Positions 10,886-24,600 of a stretch of DNA of 64,000 nt are shown piece by piece; position 1 is the stretch's first letter, and each line of letters begins with the position of its first letter. The stretch comes from Amoebophrya sp. A120 (taxonomy: Eukaryota > Protista > Dinoflagellata), in assembly GCA_905178155.1 (NCBI GenBank), contig CAJINV010000002.1, positions 12,409,621-12,473,620 on the forward strand. Direction: 5' to 3'. Under the pieces are notes generated by a model. That model made no database searches, was not told the origin of the DNA, and was given only the letters and a program-made list of their open reading frames with translations. Made by a program: the position numbers and the translations under genes.

Positions 10886-13800
10886 CTAACCTAGGTAGAA
10901 CGTTTTGTCCTTGTTGTTTCCAGTCGCAAGACGATTCTCGTCCGTCCGTGCCGCTGGGGTGTACTGAAACGATTGATCCGAAGAGACTCTACTTTCCCGC
11001 GGGTTAGGAAGCGGCAGACCACTATCGGGCGACGGGGAGTACAAAAATTTGTTGTCCTCTTCGTCGGTAACGGTTCCTCGTGGCCTTTTCAACGGCGGCT
11101 CTTCCGCAGGATCCGCGTCAAAGCCCGCGGCGACTTCGACAACGACAGCACTCTCCCCATACAAGTATCGGATGGCCTCGTTGCGGTGTTTCTCTGCGGC
11201 CAGTTCAGCTTTTGCTAAATCGCTTTTCACTGTGGCGAGCCGCGGCGAGACCAGTGCGGGTCCGTCGCCGCTCGATCGCCGTCTCTTCATCAGGAAAGCC
11301 TGGAGTCTGGCGCGGTTTTCTGCCTGCTTTTCATCTTGCAGCATGTCCTCGTCGTCCTCTGCCTGTGGAGAAACGTGTTCATCCGACCGCTTGGTTGCTG
11401 TTCCTGCCTTTTCTTCTGGCGCGAAGAAATCTTTTACAAGACGATGCATCGGAGCATGCAGCTTCGGGAACTTCTCGAACATGCGAAGCCGGTCACCAAT
11501 TTTTTTTCGTTTTAGCGAGAGACTCGCATTCAGAGGCGCTTTCTTATTTGCCTCGTTCGCTGCGTCCATCTTCTTGTTCGGCCTTTGCACGACGTCGCTC
11601 CTGCTTGGCGACCGGTCGCGCTCCTCAAGTGCTCTTGGAAATTGGTCCGTCCGCAATTCGTTCTTCGCAAAAAGCTGTTTGCGTTTCGACGCACAGACTT
11701 TTGGCAATCCGAAGACCGTGAATTTCTGCAGTAACTCGCGCAAACTGCTAGTAGTATACGAGAGGCTGTGCGCAGCGGCAGCGCGTCCCTCGGCCCCGGC
11801 TCGCTGCCTCGCGAGAACTGGAGGCCGACCTATTCCGGCAACAATGGTGTGATACAGTCTCTTATCCGTGCCGGCTTCCCCCGCAGCTAGCAGGTAGCTC
11901 TCAAGTGTGTTTTCTGCGGCGTGGACGTACGATAGCATCTGGATTTTCTTGACTGCGGCGTGGTGGTCAGGGTTTTCGCGACCCTGCGCGACGGCTTTTC
12001 CAAACAAGTAGGTGGCGGGGGAAGTGTCCGCCTTCGTCCGCGACGCCATCTGTATCGCCCCACAGCTCGTCTGATCGAGGAAATACTTTTGCTGTATCCG
12101 GTGCAGAACATCCTTGTAGAATGACAGGGCTTCGTCCGATTGCCGCTCGTGCATCCTCGAATGCGGATGATACGCGCCCCCCCGACTGAAGAGATCCCAG
12201 TCCCGCTGCGATTCGATCCGCTCGCTCTTCTTCTCGAGCGCCGCAACGCCAAAGTCGGAGAGCTTACTTTTGAACCGCTGCACAAACGCCTTCAGGCAGT
12301 GCGAGACGCGCAGCACGTCGTCCTGCATCCACTCCCGCACGAGGCACCACAGGTGGTTTCGCAATCCAAACTTCGTGTCGATGTGCTCCGTTCCGGAGGC
12401 CGCTGCAGAATTGTTGTGGTCCCCGCCCAGGAAGGGGTCGAAGGAGCTCTCCACGACAGCTGCAGCGCCACTGGTCGCTCCTCCACCCGTCAACTTCATC
12501 GCTCTGTCCGCGGTCCACACTTCTGCAACCAGGGCCTGAACATCGGCGTCCTCCAGCAATGCAAGGTCCCAGAGCATCTCGTGTGCCGTAACCCACTTCT
12601 GCTGCTCGTACGTCGCGAACCAGCCAAGCACCTCTCTCTCCAGTTGGTAGAAGAAGTTGTCACCGACCTTGTTCTCGACCCACTTCAACGCGTTTTGCCC
12701 GGCGTTCTGGATCTCCTTCAGCGTCTTTTCCAGCAGCAAGTCGTCGTGCAACTTTTCGGATTCCCGCCAGAATTTCAGGCAGGCCAGGTTGGTGGCCTGT
12801 TGTGCGGTGTCCGTGGAGTCGAACATCAGATGCAGGGTGTCCGCGTTGAGCACCGAGGACCCCGCCACGGTCAGGTCCTGCTGGGCCGCGGAGTTGTTTC
12901 TGAAGTTGAACTCAACGCCGAACTTTTCCGCCAGCAGGTCCCGGGTATCGAGCCCGCGGTAGGCGTACTGATAATTTCGCCGTTTCTCTTCCTCGAACCT
13001 TGCGACCAATTCGTCGCGCTTTTCCAGCTCTCCGGGGAGGCAGGTGTGCGGCAGCGTCCCTGTGCTGCGGCCGAGCAGGAACCCTTTGATCTCGAGGTCT
13101 ACGCGGAAGTACTGCGTCTCCACCGTGTTCAGAAGGAAGGCCTGGCGGTTGCGCGTCATGTTCTTCTTTTTCGCCGTGGTGTCAGTCACGCCCGCATACT
13201 CGCCCTTCGACTTGATCACCGGCTCCGGGTGCAGCATCGCGTCCGGAAGCCGCGTCTTCGGGTCCAGGAACGAATCGTACAGCTGTGTATCAAAGTAGGT
13301 TTGCTCCATTTCCTGCTGGTACTCCCGCAAGCACCGGGACACCTTGGTCGTGTCTCCGAAGTCAAAGGCGAGCGTGTGTGCGGGCGGCTTCCTCTCCAGA
13401 CAGATCAACACTTCCCGATCCTGCTCTTCCAGCGTCAGACTACCGCGGCGATGGCGCTGCTTGTTCGCCGCCGCCGCCGCCGCAGCTGCGGCCGCCTTCG
13501 GGGTCAGATTCTGCTTGGTCTCTTTCTCTTTCGGGGGACTGCTCGACCTCATGATGAGAGCAGAGGAAGTTTTTGTCTTAGGATCGAAGCCCCGCGAATT
13601 AGCGTTACGCTCGAGAAATCGCTTCTGTCTTGCTTTTTCCATGTCGTATTCTTCGATGGTCTGCTTCACAGAGTGCACTAGGGTCTGGCTGCTGATTTCC
13701 TCGCCGTCCTCGAAGTTGTTGATCGCACTGTCGACCTGAAGGTCGCTCTGGTACACCGACTGGCAGACCTTCTTGCAGTAAAGGGGGAGATCGATGCAGT

Positions 13801-16800
13801 GATTGGGGGTCAGGTCGGAGTCGTGGATTTCCCTTTTGTCCGCCTCCGTCAGCATGGGCTTGTTGATTTTGTTGGGATGGCTGTCGTACAGGCCCCAGTT
13901 TTTGCGGTCCGAAAACGCGTGCATGTAGAGCCGGAGAAAGTTTTTTGGGATTGACTCCGCCCACTGTCGCCAGGTCGGCTTTACCATCGTCGTCGCGTCG
14001 GCCACCCTGTCCCAGGCTATGTAGAGCTTCTCTTCGAATAAATCTGCGTCGCCGTGATGCAACTCGTCTCCGCTCTGTGGCGCACTGCTTTTGGCGTTCA
14101 CCAGCGGAACATGCCAAACCCCCGGGTCCGGCAGAGATTCCAAATCGCGCTTGTTCAGGTGTTTCATGATCGCTTCGTGCAAGGAACGAACCCCCTGGTA
14201 ACACACTTCCCGGCGGAAATCGTGCTTGACGTCGTGCGAGGGTACGTCCGTCCGCTTTGGAGGGCGCTGGCGCTTTATCAGCGGAATCTTGGGCGCCGTC
14301 TTCTGAAAAAGCTCGTCGTGGTTCTGGATGTGTTCGCTCAACCAGTATTTCGTTCCTTTCGGTAAATTATGTTTCAATGCCGCCAGACCGTGGAGCTGCC
14401 GCGGCCGTTCTTTCTGCTGCGTGTGCCTCTTTTGCTCGTCCTCAATCTCGTTTTTGTGCGACCGTCTTTCAGGCGACTTCGATTTGCTTCGCCGCCGTGG
14501 AGATTGCGATTTCGATCGTCGCCGGGGAGACGCGGCAGCCGCCTCGTGCGTCCCTTCCTTCATTATCTCGGGAGGAGGTGCAGCCAACGATTCGGCCACG
14601 GCTTCCTTGTCAGTCTCTCTACTTCCCCGCTCGTCTTTTTCTTCGCCGGCGCTTTCCTTATTTTCCTTGCCCTCTCTGCTCTCGGCGGCTCGCTCGCGCT
14701 CGAGCCGTTGCTTTGTTTCCCGCGCGGCGCGGTCCCGGGCCTCCTGCTCCTTGCGCTCTTTCTCCTGCCGTTCACGCTCCCGCTCCTGGATGGCGCGCTC
14801 CTTTCGCTCTTTGGCCCGGGCAACGCGCTCCATTTCGATGTGGATGATGTCTTTGGTGATGGCATCCTTCTGGAACATGAAATGCATCAGCAACGCGTCC
14901 TCCGGGTGCAGAAATTTCGGCTCGGCGTCTCCAAGACTTTCCACCGCCTGCTTCCGGTCCAGGACGATCTTCTTCCGCAGCCGTGCGAGGTTTTCGTTCG
15001 CCAGAGGATCCTTGCTCCGCCGCTGCCACGGCAACCCGCCCCAAAGCAGCTCCAGTGCCACGTAAAAGAGACTCATGACGTCGTCGAGCGGCGTCGGCTC
15101 GTAGCCTTTCAGCGTGTCCAGACTCCCGTAAAGCGGCGTACCGCGGTACCGCGTCGCATCCGGCTCCTCCAACAGTTTCTTCGTTTTCTTACTTTCGTAC
15201 AGCTTCGACAGCCCAAAGTCCACGAGCATCAAACGCATGACCCGGCGGTCGGTGGTGGTGCGGAGCATCATATTCTGCGGCTTGATGTCGCAGTGAACCA
15301 GACCGGAACGGTGGACGTGGTCGAGTGCGCGCAGGCCCTGGAGCGTCAGCCAGGTCACTAGGGGCACGGAGAGGCGCTGGGCGACGCTCTTCAGGTAGCC
15401 GACCTCGAAATCACAGAGCGTCATCACGATGTACGCCGAGCCGTCTGGCTCGTTGGTGCTGCTGCGGATCAAGCGGACTACGTGGCGCGTCCCCGCGATT
15501 TTGGCGACCCGCTGCAGAAACTTGATTTCTGCGTACAACCGCGGCCGTTTACCCGCCGTCTTGCGGCTTCCCTTCTCCAGCTTCAAAGCGTGCAGCTCGC
15601 GATCGGTTATCTTGTCCATCAGTTCGCGTGGGGCGACGCGGTAAACGGCGCCAAACCCACCAATACCGATCTTGCCGCAGTTTCGCCACAGTTTGCGCAC
15701 GCCGGGCGGAATCTCCTCAAAACTAGTCAGCAGAGTATTCGAGTTCGCAGTGGACGTCTGTTGAAGTTGCGCAGACGCTGCTTTGTTCGGAGCAGGTTGC
15801 ACGTCATGTCGATCTTCGTAGAGGTACCTGTTGTATGGTGAAGGGACAGCGACCCGTTGTGCGAGGTAATTGTATTGACCGACGTACCGTACGCCTTGCA
15901 CTTGCTAGATTGATAGTATACATGACAATGACAACGTTTCGAAATCACAAAAATGCTGAAATCATTTTTTTCAAATGTATGCAACAAAAAGTAGTACGCT
16001 TCGTGTTGCTGAGCCATATCTTCCGCTCGCTTTGCCGCATCCGGATCCGCGTACAAAATTTTTTGCGGCCTGATGCTTCCTGTTGTACTAGCCGCGCCAG
16101 ATTCCGCACCGCTCTTCTTGAACATGGCTTGGTTCAGACGCGCGGCAGCACTCGCGTCGGCGTCGGCGCCCTTTGCTGCCGGAGTACCTGCAGCGGAAGC
16201 TGTGCTGGCGCCGTGTTCGTTCTGCGTCGCGCCAGATGTCGCAGTGGAAGAGCCTTGCACATTTGCCGTCGTGCTGGCCATCTGGTCCCGTTGGGTAGCG
16301 GCGCCGGAGGAGGCGCTGCCGAGCCCCACTTGCAACCCCAGCGCCGCACGAAAAGACGCGGGCTGGCTGCCACCGACGCGCGTGGCGTACTTGTTCACCT
16401 TTTGTGCTTTTGCGGTCGCCGCCGGCCGGTCAGCGGCGGTTCCCGTGGGGCCGGAGTTTCCGGTGAAAATACTCGCCGGTGCAACAGGATTGAGGTTGGT
16501 GACTTTGTTTGGCGGTGGTACAACTGGTGCACCTGTCTTGCCGGGAACTGGCGGTCTCACGACCGTAGATACACCGCGTGAAACTTTCACCGTCGCGGGC
16601 CGATCTTCGGGGTTGGGGGAATCGGATTTCAAGACGCTGGGGAAGGTCTTCAGTGCCGGAGCTGGGGTGGAAGCTGCCGACCCCGAAGTTGTTGTCTTTG
16701 CGGCAGCGGGAGCGGCTTTTGCCTTGCTTTTTGCAGCTGCTTTGCCTTTGCCTCCCTTTCCCTTTGCCGCAGATTTTGCTTTCGCAATGTCAGACTCCTT

Positions 16801-16908
16801 CACTACACCGAACCGCAGGTGTGCAGGCACGGCTTTCCCTGCCGCCGCAGCAGCGGCTTTTGCCGCTGCGGGACCGGACGGCTTCGCTTTCGCTTTCGCT
16901 GAATCCAT
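10886..16908 (-). CDS. Giant CK1-group (casein kinase 1/TTBK-like) Ser/Thr kinase with Ala/Lys-rich N-terminus and long C-terminal extension; one intron near 15.83-16.0 kb
   Basis: KIGIGGFGAVY, ALKLE, HCDIKPQN, VDFGLSK, RGTPLYGS, DDVMSLFY and LPW are CK1-group signatures (no APE motif). Confidence 0.85.
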
Positions 16909-18416
16909 GATATAGTGGGGGCGCCGGAAAAGTTCTTGTTGTAAGTGTAAGAGGAGCAGAATTACGAACTACTTTCTTCTACAACTATGCAGGTCGTTTG
17001 AAAAATTCGGGCCTGCGTCTGCGGAGTCTATCGGTCGCTGGGTAAAACAACGTAATTGTAGTCTGAAGCAGAAGTGGCTGCTCTTCGAGAAACAGCTAAG
17101 CAGCTGTACTAGCCTTAGAGACATTACTGTTTGTTACCAGGTCGGCAGAAAACAAAGAACCACGTAGTAATCTAATTCGATAAAAATCATATCGTCGCCT
17201 GCTAATGAACATGAACATGAAGTTATTCTCTTTGGGCAACATCTGTATCTATGTATACGTTTGATCTGCTAGTATGGCGAGCGTCGTCCGGCTCCAATTC
17301 TAAATATTTTTTCTTACAACTTTTGGACAGGAGAACGCGATTAGATGCTGATGGATGAGCAGTGCTTTTGTTTGTGCAAATCATGAAGGTCTTGTGCCGC
17401 ACGCTGACAAACGTTGATGTTGGAGGCACACGCACATCAACGCTTCCTCTTCATTGCTTAGCGTGGATCTTAGCCAGTCGCGGCTAAGACTAAGAGCTGT
17501 GAAATATATGCAACAACGCTGCAACTTGGGAACATAATGCTGCTGGCATGACAGATACGTCACTAAGTGGCTGCGTCTTCCGGCGAAATCGCTGAGCCTT
17601 GTTCCCTGGTATTTTCATTTCAAAAAGAACCAAGCTCGCAGAAAAATTTTGTAGTTTGACTTTGTTTTACATGCTTTTCGTCGTTGCCGTGGAACGAACC
17701 TACAGGGATCAACCTGATGAAGCGGGGACGTCACTCCACATCCACAACATTCCTCATCCGCAAAAATGGAAGGGAGAGAAATTTCCTCTCGTCTGTAAAG
17801 TTCATTTTGACAGGAAAATTCAATGTAGAGCAAGCTTCTTAGACAAAACATAATTAGTCAGGCGAGCTTGAAAAGCTGGAAGGAAAATTCAAAAAAAGAA
17901 GTTCACAAAAAGATATGAAATCAAATTCGAAAAACAAAAAAAGTTCGCGAAAAGTTCTAGGCAAGAGATACACATTATTTCAATTTCTCTCGCTATCTGA
18001 AGGGCATTTTAATCTTTTGGGAGGTAAGACCAAACCATCAAGCTAAAAGAGGATGAAAAATCATACAGCAATCCTTACTGTTCGCGACGAACCTAGAGCA
18101 GAAAACAAAAGCAATGAGTACTATTATATCTTTTGAGAAAGGCAAAACTTCTGCTATACCATTTTCGATCCAGATTTGTGTGAAAGCAGAAGTAGTGTAG
18201 TTTCAGTTCTCGCTGTGAGTGAGAAGCGCGGCGATCTGAATCTAAATCTAAAGCTCACTGGGGGAAAATTCTGCTTCTATTTCGTTGTTTTCTCCACAAA
18301 AATCATTCAAAATCCCTGTAATAATCCGAGCTTCGTCTTCGGTTGAAAGGAATTCTTCTTGTCCTGAACAAAACGAAACAAAATTAGTACTCAACATTGT
18401 TTGATGTAACTTCACC

Positions 18417-20672
18417 TCACCCTTCCTTCGGCGTCAAGCTGGCCCCTGACATGTCGACTTGCATTTGATGATCTTCGCCCTCGACACCCTCGATTCCCGC
18501 CGCCTCGAACAGGTCATCGGCGACAGCAGGGGTGATAGCACCCGTAGTCAGGCCACCGGACACAGTGGCGCTGCCTGCAGGAGTCAAACCATTGGTCACG
18601 ACTGTCATGCCACCATCCTGGATATTTTCACCACCTGGGGTCAGATCGAACGCCGGGGTAAGCGTTTGCCCATTTGACAGGTGCGCGGAATTCTTCGTCA
18701 TGTCGCCACCTGGTTGGAATTTCACGTCTTTCGTTCTATTGCCCTTTGCTAGTATCATGCACTTGATGCAGTGTGAAAGTGAAATCACGAGAGCGTTCGA
18801 TACACATACATCAGACGGCTAGGGCTACTACAACAGGATGGAGCATTCATTGATTCAGAGGATAAGGAATGAAAATACCAACGACATTTTGCAGGAGCGA
18901 GGCATCGAAGTCGTTACCCTCCCGCGGCTCTGGGAGGCTGAGGTTCAACATGGGTCCGCCGGTCGGCTCCTGGAGACCAAACATCTTCGAGGGATCGGGA
19001 TCCTCACCCGGATTGAACACACTCGTCAGCCCTGGCGTCGCTTCACCCTGGAGCTTGTTGACTCCTAACGGGTCCAAGTTGGGCATCGGGTCGACGGTCT
19101 GAAACAGAGAGCCCATCGGAGCCTGTTGCTCCCGCATGTGCTGCAACGCCTCCTCAGAGTTCGGAAAGATGAGGTTCGCTGTGGTGTAAAGTTGTTTTCG
19201 TTTTGCTTTCCTTTTCTTTGTTTTGATACGCATAGAAGATCCTGTATTGCAAGTAGCAGTATTTTCATCCTTGGATTGAATTTCCTGGAAATGCAGATAG
19301 AAGCCGTACGTTTCTGCGACTTGCACAACATTCAAACTCAGAGTAGCAGATCAAGTAATGCAGAAATACCTGTGTCCTTCCCGTACTGCACGGACTGGTC
19401 GTACCGGCGGATGTGGTCACCACGGATCCGCATCGTCAACAAAAGGTCCCGGACCATCACGGTTTTGCGGCGCGCGTGCTTGGCGCAGACGTTCATGTCC
19501 TCCATGTACCCGATGATGTACCGCTCGGTCGCCTCCTGAAAAAGGGTGAGCGCCTCGAGGTTGAACCGATACTTCTTCCCCTTCGCGTTGCATCCCGTCC
19601 CCTTTGTGACCTTCATCAGCACGCCCTTCGCCATGCGCATAAATGCCGCATTCGGAATCTGAAACCGCTTCGCTTCAAACGGATCCCTCCGAGCCACCTG
19701 GTGGAACAAGTCGGATTTCTTCCCCGCCAACAACGTGGCGTTGGTGTAATTTTTCGTCGAAATGTAGTCCACCTTGTCGAATGGCTTCTGGACGTGGTCC
19801 GTGTTCAAAAATGCCTTGTTCTTATTGGCGTTTCGCATCTTGATCTTCCGCCCCCGTTTGTCCACAACCCCCAGCTCCTGCAGCAACTTCCCCGTACCCA
19901 AATCATGCAAGTGGCTAGCCAGGTTCGGCGGACTGGCAAAAGGGTCCTCGCTCGGGAGAACCATTGCAGCTGCACCATCATCCCCCGGCTTCAACATCGC
20001 GTCCTCGGCCGGAACAGCGGGCGGCTCGGCAAAAAACTCGCGCAGCTCCTCAGCATCCTCTTGCGACTTGGACAGAACAGGCGCATTCTTACCTGTGGAC
20101 ATTAACAATCTATCTTTCTGTGGACCCGGTCATCATAATGGAATCAATGAATATGATCACTATACCTCTACATTTATCTCTACGGCATTCGCAGAGTGAA
20201 ACTAATCGATGGAGCATCGATCTGCACCAGCACTAGTTTACTGCCAACTCTGACATAGTGGATGCTGCACTAAAAACGTACTTTTAGTTTTACCTTTCTC
20301 TTCAGCCATATCCGCATCAAACTCGTCCTGCTTTTGCTTCTTGGCTTTCATCTTCATTTTCGTATTTCCTCCGCCGGTGACCGGACCTTCTCCGTCGTTG
20401 GCGACCGAGGCAGCACCGCGCGCACCGGTGGGTAACTTCTGCATATCCTCCTGCATGTGCAGTGCTTTTTCGTCGTCGCTGTCGAAGACCGGCTGTTTTC
20501 CCAAGCGCCGCAGTTCCGCGCGGATTTCCTTGTCGTCGTATTTCGGGGGAAACTTCGACTGCCCATCAAAAGGCGAGAAAAACAACTTGCGCGGCACCTG
20601 CGGCTCATCGGCATCCCAAAGTCCGGGGACTTCCCAGAGCGGGAATCGCGTGCCATTCACAATATGTGACAT
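18417..20672 (-). CDS. Divergent histone H3-fold protein with long N- and C-terminal extensions (predicted 577 aa); exons 20672-20294, 20092-19370, 19178-18879, 18748-18417
   Basis: IPNAAFMRMAKGV...YRFNLEALTLFQEATERYIIGYMEDMNVCAKHARRKTVMVRDLLLTMRIRGD aligns with the H3 histone fold. Three phase-1 GT-AG introns give a 1734-nt open CDS. Confidence 0.8.
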
Positions 20673-21608
20673 CGTTTTCTCTTGACTTGTCTGTGTGGCG
20701 GATTATCGGGTTTCAGATGAAAGCGAGAGACAAAGAAGAATAGATAGAGAGCCCTCTATCTGTAGTTTCTCTTGTTGTCAAAGCGGGTTTGAAATGACAA
20801 GTAATAGATGCAAAATCCTCACTAACGCCTCTTGATGATTTGGGAGTAGGAGGATATTAAGTGGATGAAGCAACGAGTTGCAAAAGCTGTAGGTACTCCA
20901 CGTATCTTCTCTGCTGTGATGTTAATCTTAATGCACTTTTGAATGAAGATTTTTGCTTGCATTTTGCTTCAGTTTTGACTCCATCACCTCTCTCGCTCGC
21001 TCGAAACAAAGTCCCCATTTTTGCACAAAAAAAAAAACCCAGATATTTGAAACTGCGCGACGAGCTGCGACATAAGAAAGCAAGAGAAGACTGTGCTGTA
21101 TTGTAGTTGGTTTTGTTTTTAGCAACAATTTACGACGACCACATCGAACACCAACTGCAATTCCAAGCAATATTCGTGTTTCTCAAAAAAAAGATATCTC
21201 GACGGCTTTTGCCTTCCGCTTTCCTTGATGTGGGGCAACTATTTATCATGCTCCGCGAAAAAAAAAAGAGAGCCGCCTCATCTCATTGGGCGGGTCGGCT
21301 TTCTTCGGGAAAAAACAAACAAAAACCAGAATAACCTGAGAATGAGGAAAAAGTTTGATAGCTAGATGCAGCATGGGATATCAAAACGCACTTCTTGATC
21401 TTGATATCCCAGATACAAAGTCCTTGTAGGAAAGACATGCTGATTTGATGGTGAAGAGTAACTTAAGAAGATGACGTCATGTTTATGACGTGATCTTCAT
21501 CTTCCATTTTTGTCAAATAAACGCAAATTAAATATGAATCCTAGACAGTGAAAAGGCAAAGATAAAGGCAAAAACACATCACACAACTAGGCTGTGCGGT
21601 AGATTACT

Positions 21609-24600
21609 CTAGCTGCTCAATTTCTGAAGTAGCCGCTGCGCGTAGCGGTGAAGCAAATTTTCGCCTGTTGTTGACGACGCCGTGCTAGTGTTTGTAGATT
21701 CGTTCGCCGCAACGGCGCCCTTGGTTCGCAGAAGGCCTTGCGCAAATTGCTCTGTTTGCAGCTCCCGCAGGCGTTGTTTGCACAGGGGATGTACGGCGAG
21801 ATTTCCGAGGGAAAAAAGCGCGATCTTCACGGAACTGTCTGACTCAGCCCGTGCGAGCACCGTGCTACTGGATGTCGACGTCGATAAGGAGCTGGTGCTG
21901 TTGAAGTTTTCGTTCCTGGGACAGCCAATAAGTTCCAGTAGGGCTTCCAACACTCCTTGAGTGACGATTTCCTCGCACAGCTCGCTCGAGTTCCGCACCA
22001 GGTTTCCGAGTGCGCCGGCCGCGTTCGCTCTCGTTTTCTCGTCGTTGCTAAGTTGCAGCAAGTCGCGCAACAACGCGACGGAAGGGAGGAGTTCGCGGTA
22101 CAGGTAGTTTGAGTGAAACGCCGAATTTCCCACCGCGAAAGACGCGAACTTTCGCGTCGTAGGGTCCGGGTCGCGACAGAGCGGCACCAGCTTCGCTAAG
22201 ACCCCGGTTCGCGACAGGTGCGCGTAGAAGAAGTCGGAGTGCCGACTCATGTTTCCGACCACGTTCGCGGTCTTTGCACGAATATTCGCATCATTGCATT
22301 GCAACAAGTGGCAAATCTCCGTGTACATGTTCAGTCGATGCAAAGCAGGGTAGAATTCTTTCGAAAGCCTCGACAACTGCGATAAGATGAGCAGCACGTC
22401 GACGACAACATGCGGTTGCTTTTGGGCGAACTCGGGTACCAAGCACTTTTTCTCGGTGCAAAGAATCGCCAGGCCATTGTGCTGCACGAACTCCTGCGCC
22501 AGGGAGGGGTGGTGCAAGACTACCGTCGACAGCAGCTGTGTCGCCATGGAGAAGGTGCTTGCGGTGTCGTTCGTCAGCGTACACCTTTGCACCCACTGTA
22601 GTATGCCCTTGATCGGTTTCCACAGCCCCGTCTGCTGCTGCAAAAAAAGCGGATAGATGTTTTTGTTGCTGCTCGCCTGACAGAGTGCGCGGTTCACGAG
22701 GTCGTAGAGGACGCGGAGGGCCGTGAGGTAGTGCGTTTCGGGAACGGAATACACCGCAGAGTCAAGCTGCGACTGTGTGGTGCTTGACCTGGTAAAAAAA
22801 GTGCAGTTTCATTATCCGTGTGGTGGTAGTGCTACTCCTACTTTCATTTGTTTTGACATTTTTGACTTTCTGTTGCCTGTACTACCATTTCCATAACTGT
22901 CTATACTGGCGGGCCGTCGTCCAAAAAAAAAGTTTTTGATTCTGGCACTTACCCGGAGTAACACGATGCCGCACACTCCAGTGCTCGCAGAAAGAATTTG
23001 AATTTGCTCTCTAGGCCCTTGCCGTCGATTGCCGATCGGAACGAGTAGAAGACGTCCAAGGCGGCAAGTAAACCGCGCCGGCCAACTAGGCTGCAGAAGT
23101 CGTTGGCCGTGTGCGACGAGGACGACGAGGAAGAGGATCCGCCAGCCGTAGCCGCAGCGCTCGGGCCTCCCCCATTCGGTGCAGGACTCGCTGCATTCGA
23201 CTGGGTTGGGCTGCTGCTGTAGCAGGAAAAAATGGGCGTCACGAATTCACGCAGCACCCAGTCGTCCTTCTCTTTAGCGAGTAGCATTCGCAAGCTGAGG
23301 CACTGCAGGACACTGTCCAAGACCCCTGAATCCGCGAAACCCAGAAGTAGTCCTTCTGTGTCACACATTACGTCGACCTTACATATTCATCATATTTGTA
23401 CATTGGCAAATTCAAAGTTCACACAAAAATACCTGCCTGTGTGTAGAGTTACTGGAAGCTCCCGTCCACGAGCAAAAAGAATTTACAAAACCATATGAAA
23501 ATCTTTTGAATGTGGTTTTGTTTGCCGCTTGCAGCACCACTAATCAATTATGACGCTGCCGAAGTCAAGGTAACTCACAGTATGCTTTGTACCCCAGTTG
23601 GTGACAGCTTTTTTCCGCCGGCAAGCATGCTGTCTTCGGGCTCTATTTCTGCGGACAAGGACTGATCCGGCACCCACTTATTTCTGTTTCTTGCTGGTGG
23701 CACGAAGTCCCCGGCGCTAGAGCAGTGTGATAATGAGTACTGGAACAGGGCGTGCAGCCATGGGTCGAGCACTTCGAGCGGCGCGTAGGTGTCCAGCTTG
23801 CCGGAACGGTAAAGTATCACAGCGACGCGGAAAATCACCTCTAGAATTCGGGTGACGAAGCACACAACGGGGAGGATCTCGAGGCCCCCTGTCTTAGACT
23901 GTATCCGCTGCAGCAAGTTGCCCCGCGCCTGCAGCGCCGTCACCAGGTGCTGGAGATGGTAGGACTCGCACCAGGGCCGCCAGCTGGCCTTGGCATCTTC
24001 GAGGTGCGCTCGACTGCTGCTCGAGGAGGTCGTGCCGGGACTGGAAGTGGCCAGAAAAAAACACTGCTGCACGGGAAGCGCCTCGGCGAGGACCCGAGCC
24101 CAAAGCGCGCCGCGCAAAAAGCGTTCGGGACAGTTGGCTTCGAACAAGAAGCTCAGCTGCGAACGGAGCTGCGTGCTATCACCTGGTTCGTTATCAGCAA
24201 TTATTCTTTGTTGATTTAATTTCTGTGCGACGAGCAAATACCACTGAGCAAAGCACATATCTTATGAAGCCCAAGCTGCTGCTGCGAAAGCCTTATTCAT
24301 TAACCCAATATCACGATACACAATCCTGTCCTTACCATATGTCCTGCTGATGATGTCACTGAGCTCCTGGGGCCGATCCAAAGCGAGGAGCACTTTAAAG
24401 TTCCCACTTCGTTGGAACTCGGTACCCGTTTCGAATAGGTGTGCGAGCAGGTTGTCCCCGGTGAAGGTCTCCCGCACGACTTGCAGCGTTTGCCGCGCCG
24501 CACTGAGCCCGCTCGGCGAGAACGCGTCGCCGTCCGCTTTGGGCCAAGGCAAAAACCTCGGCGACGTGGAGCAGTGAGGGTGCACGAGTTTTGCAATGCA

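Noticed and set aside
12140-13681. Long plus-strand ORFs (513 aa here; also 57515-58576 and 60295-61449)
   Set aside because: They are antisense shadows of GC3-rich minus-strand genes and carry no protein motifs.
24183-24335. In-frame TAA in Fused suggesting readthrough or a recoded stop
   Set aside because: The stop lies inside a 153-bp GT-AG intron.
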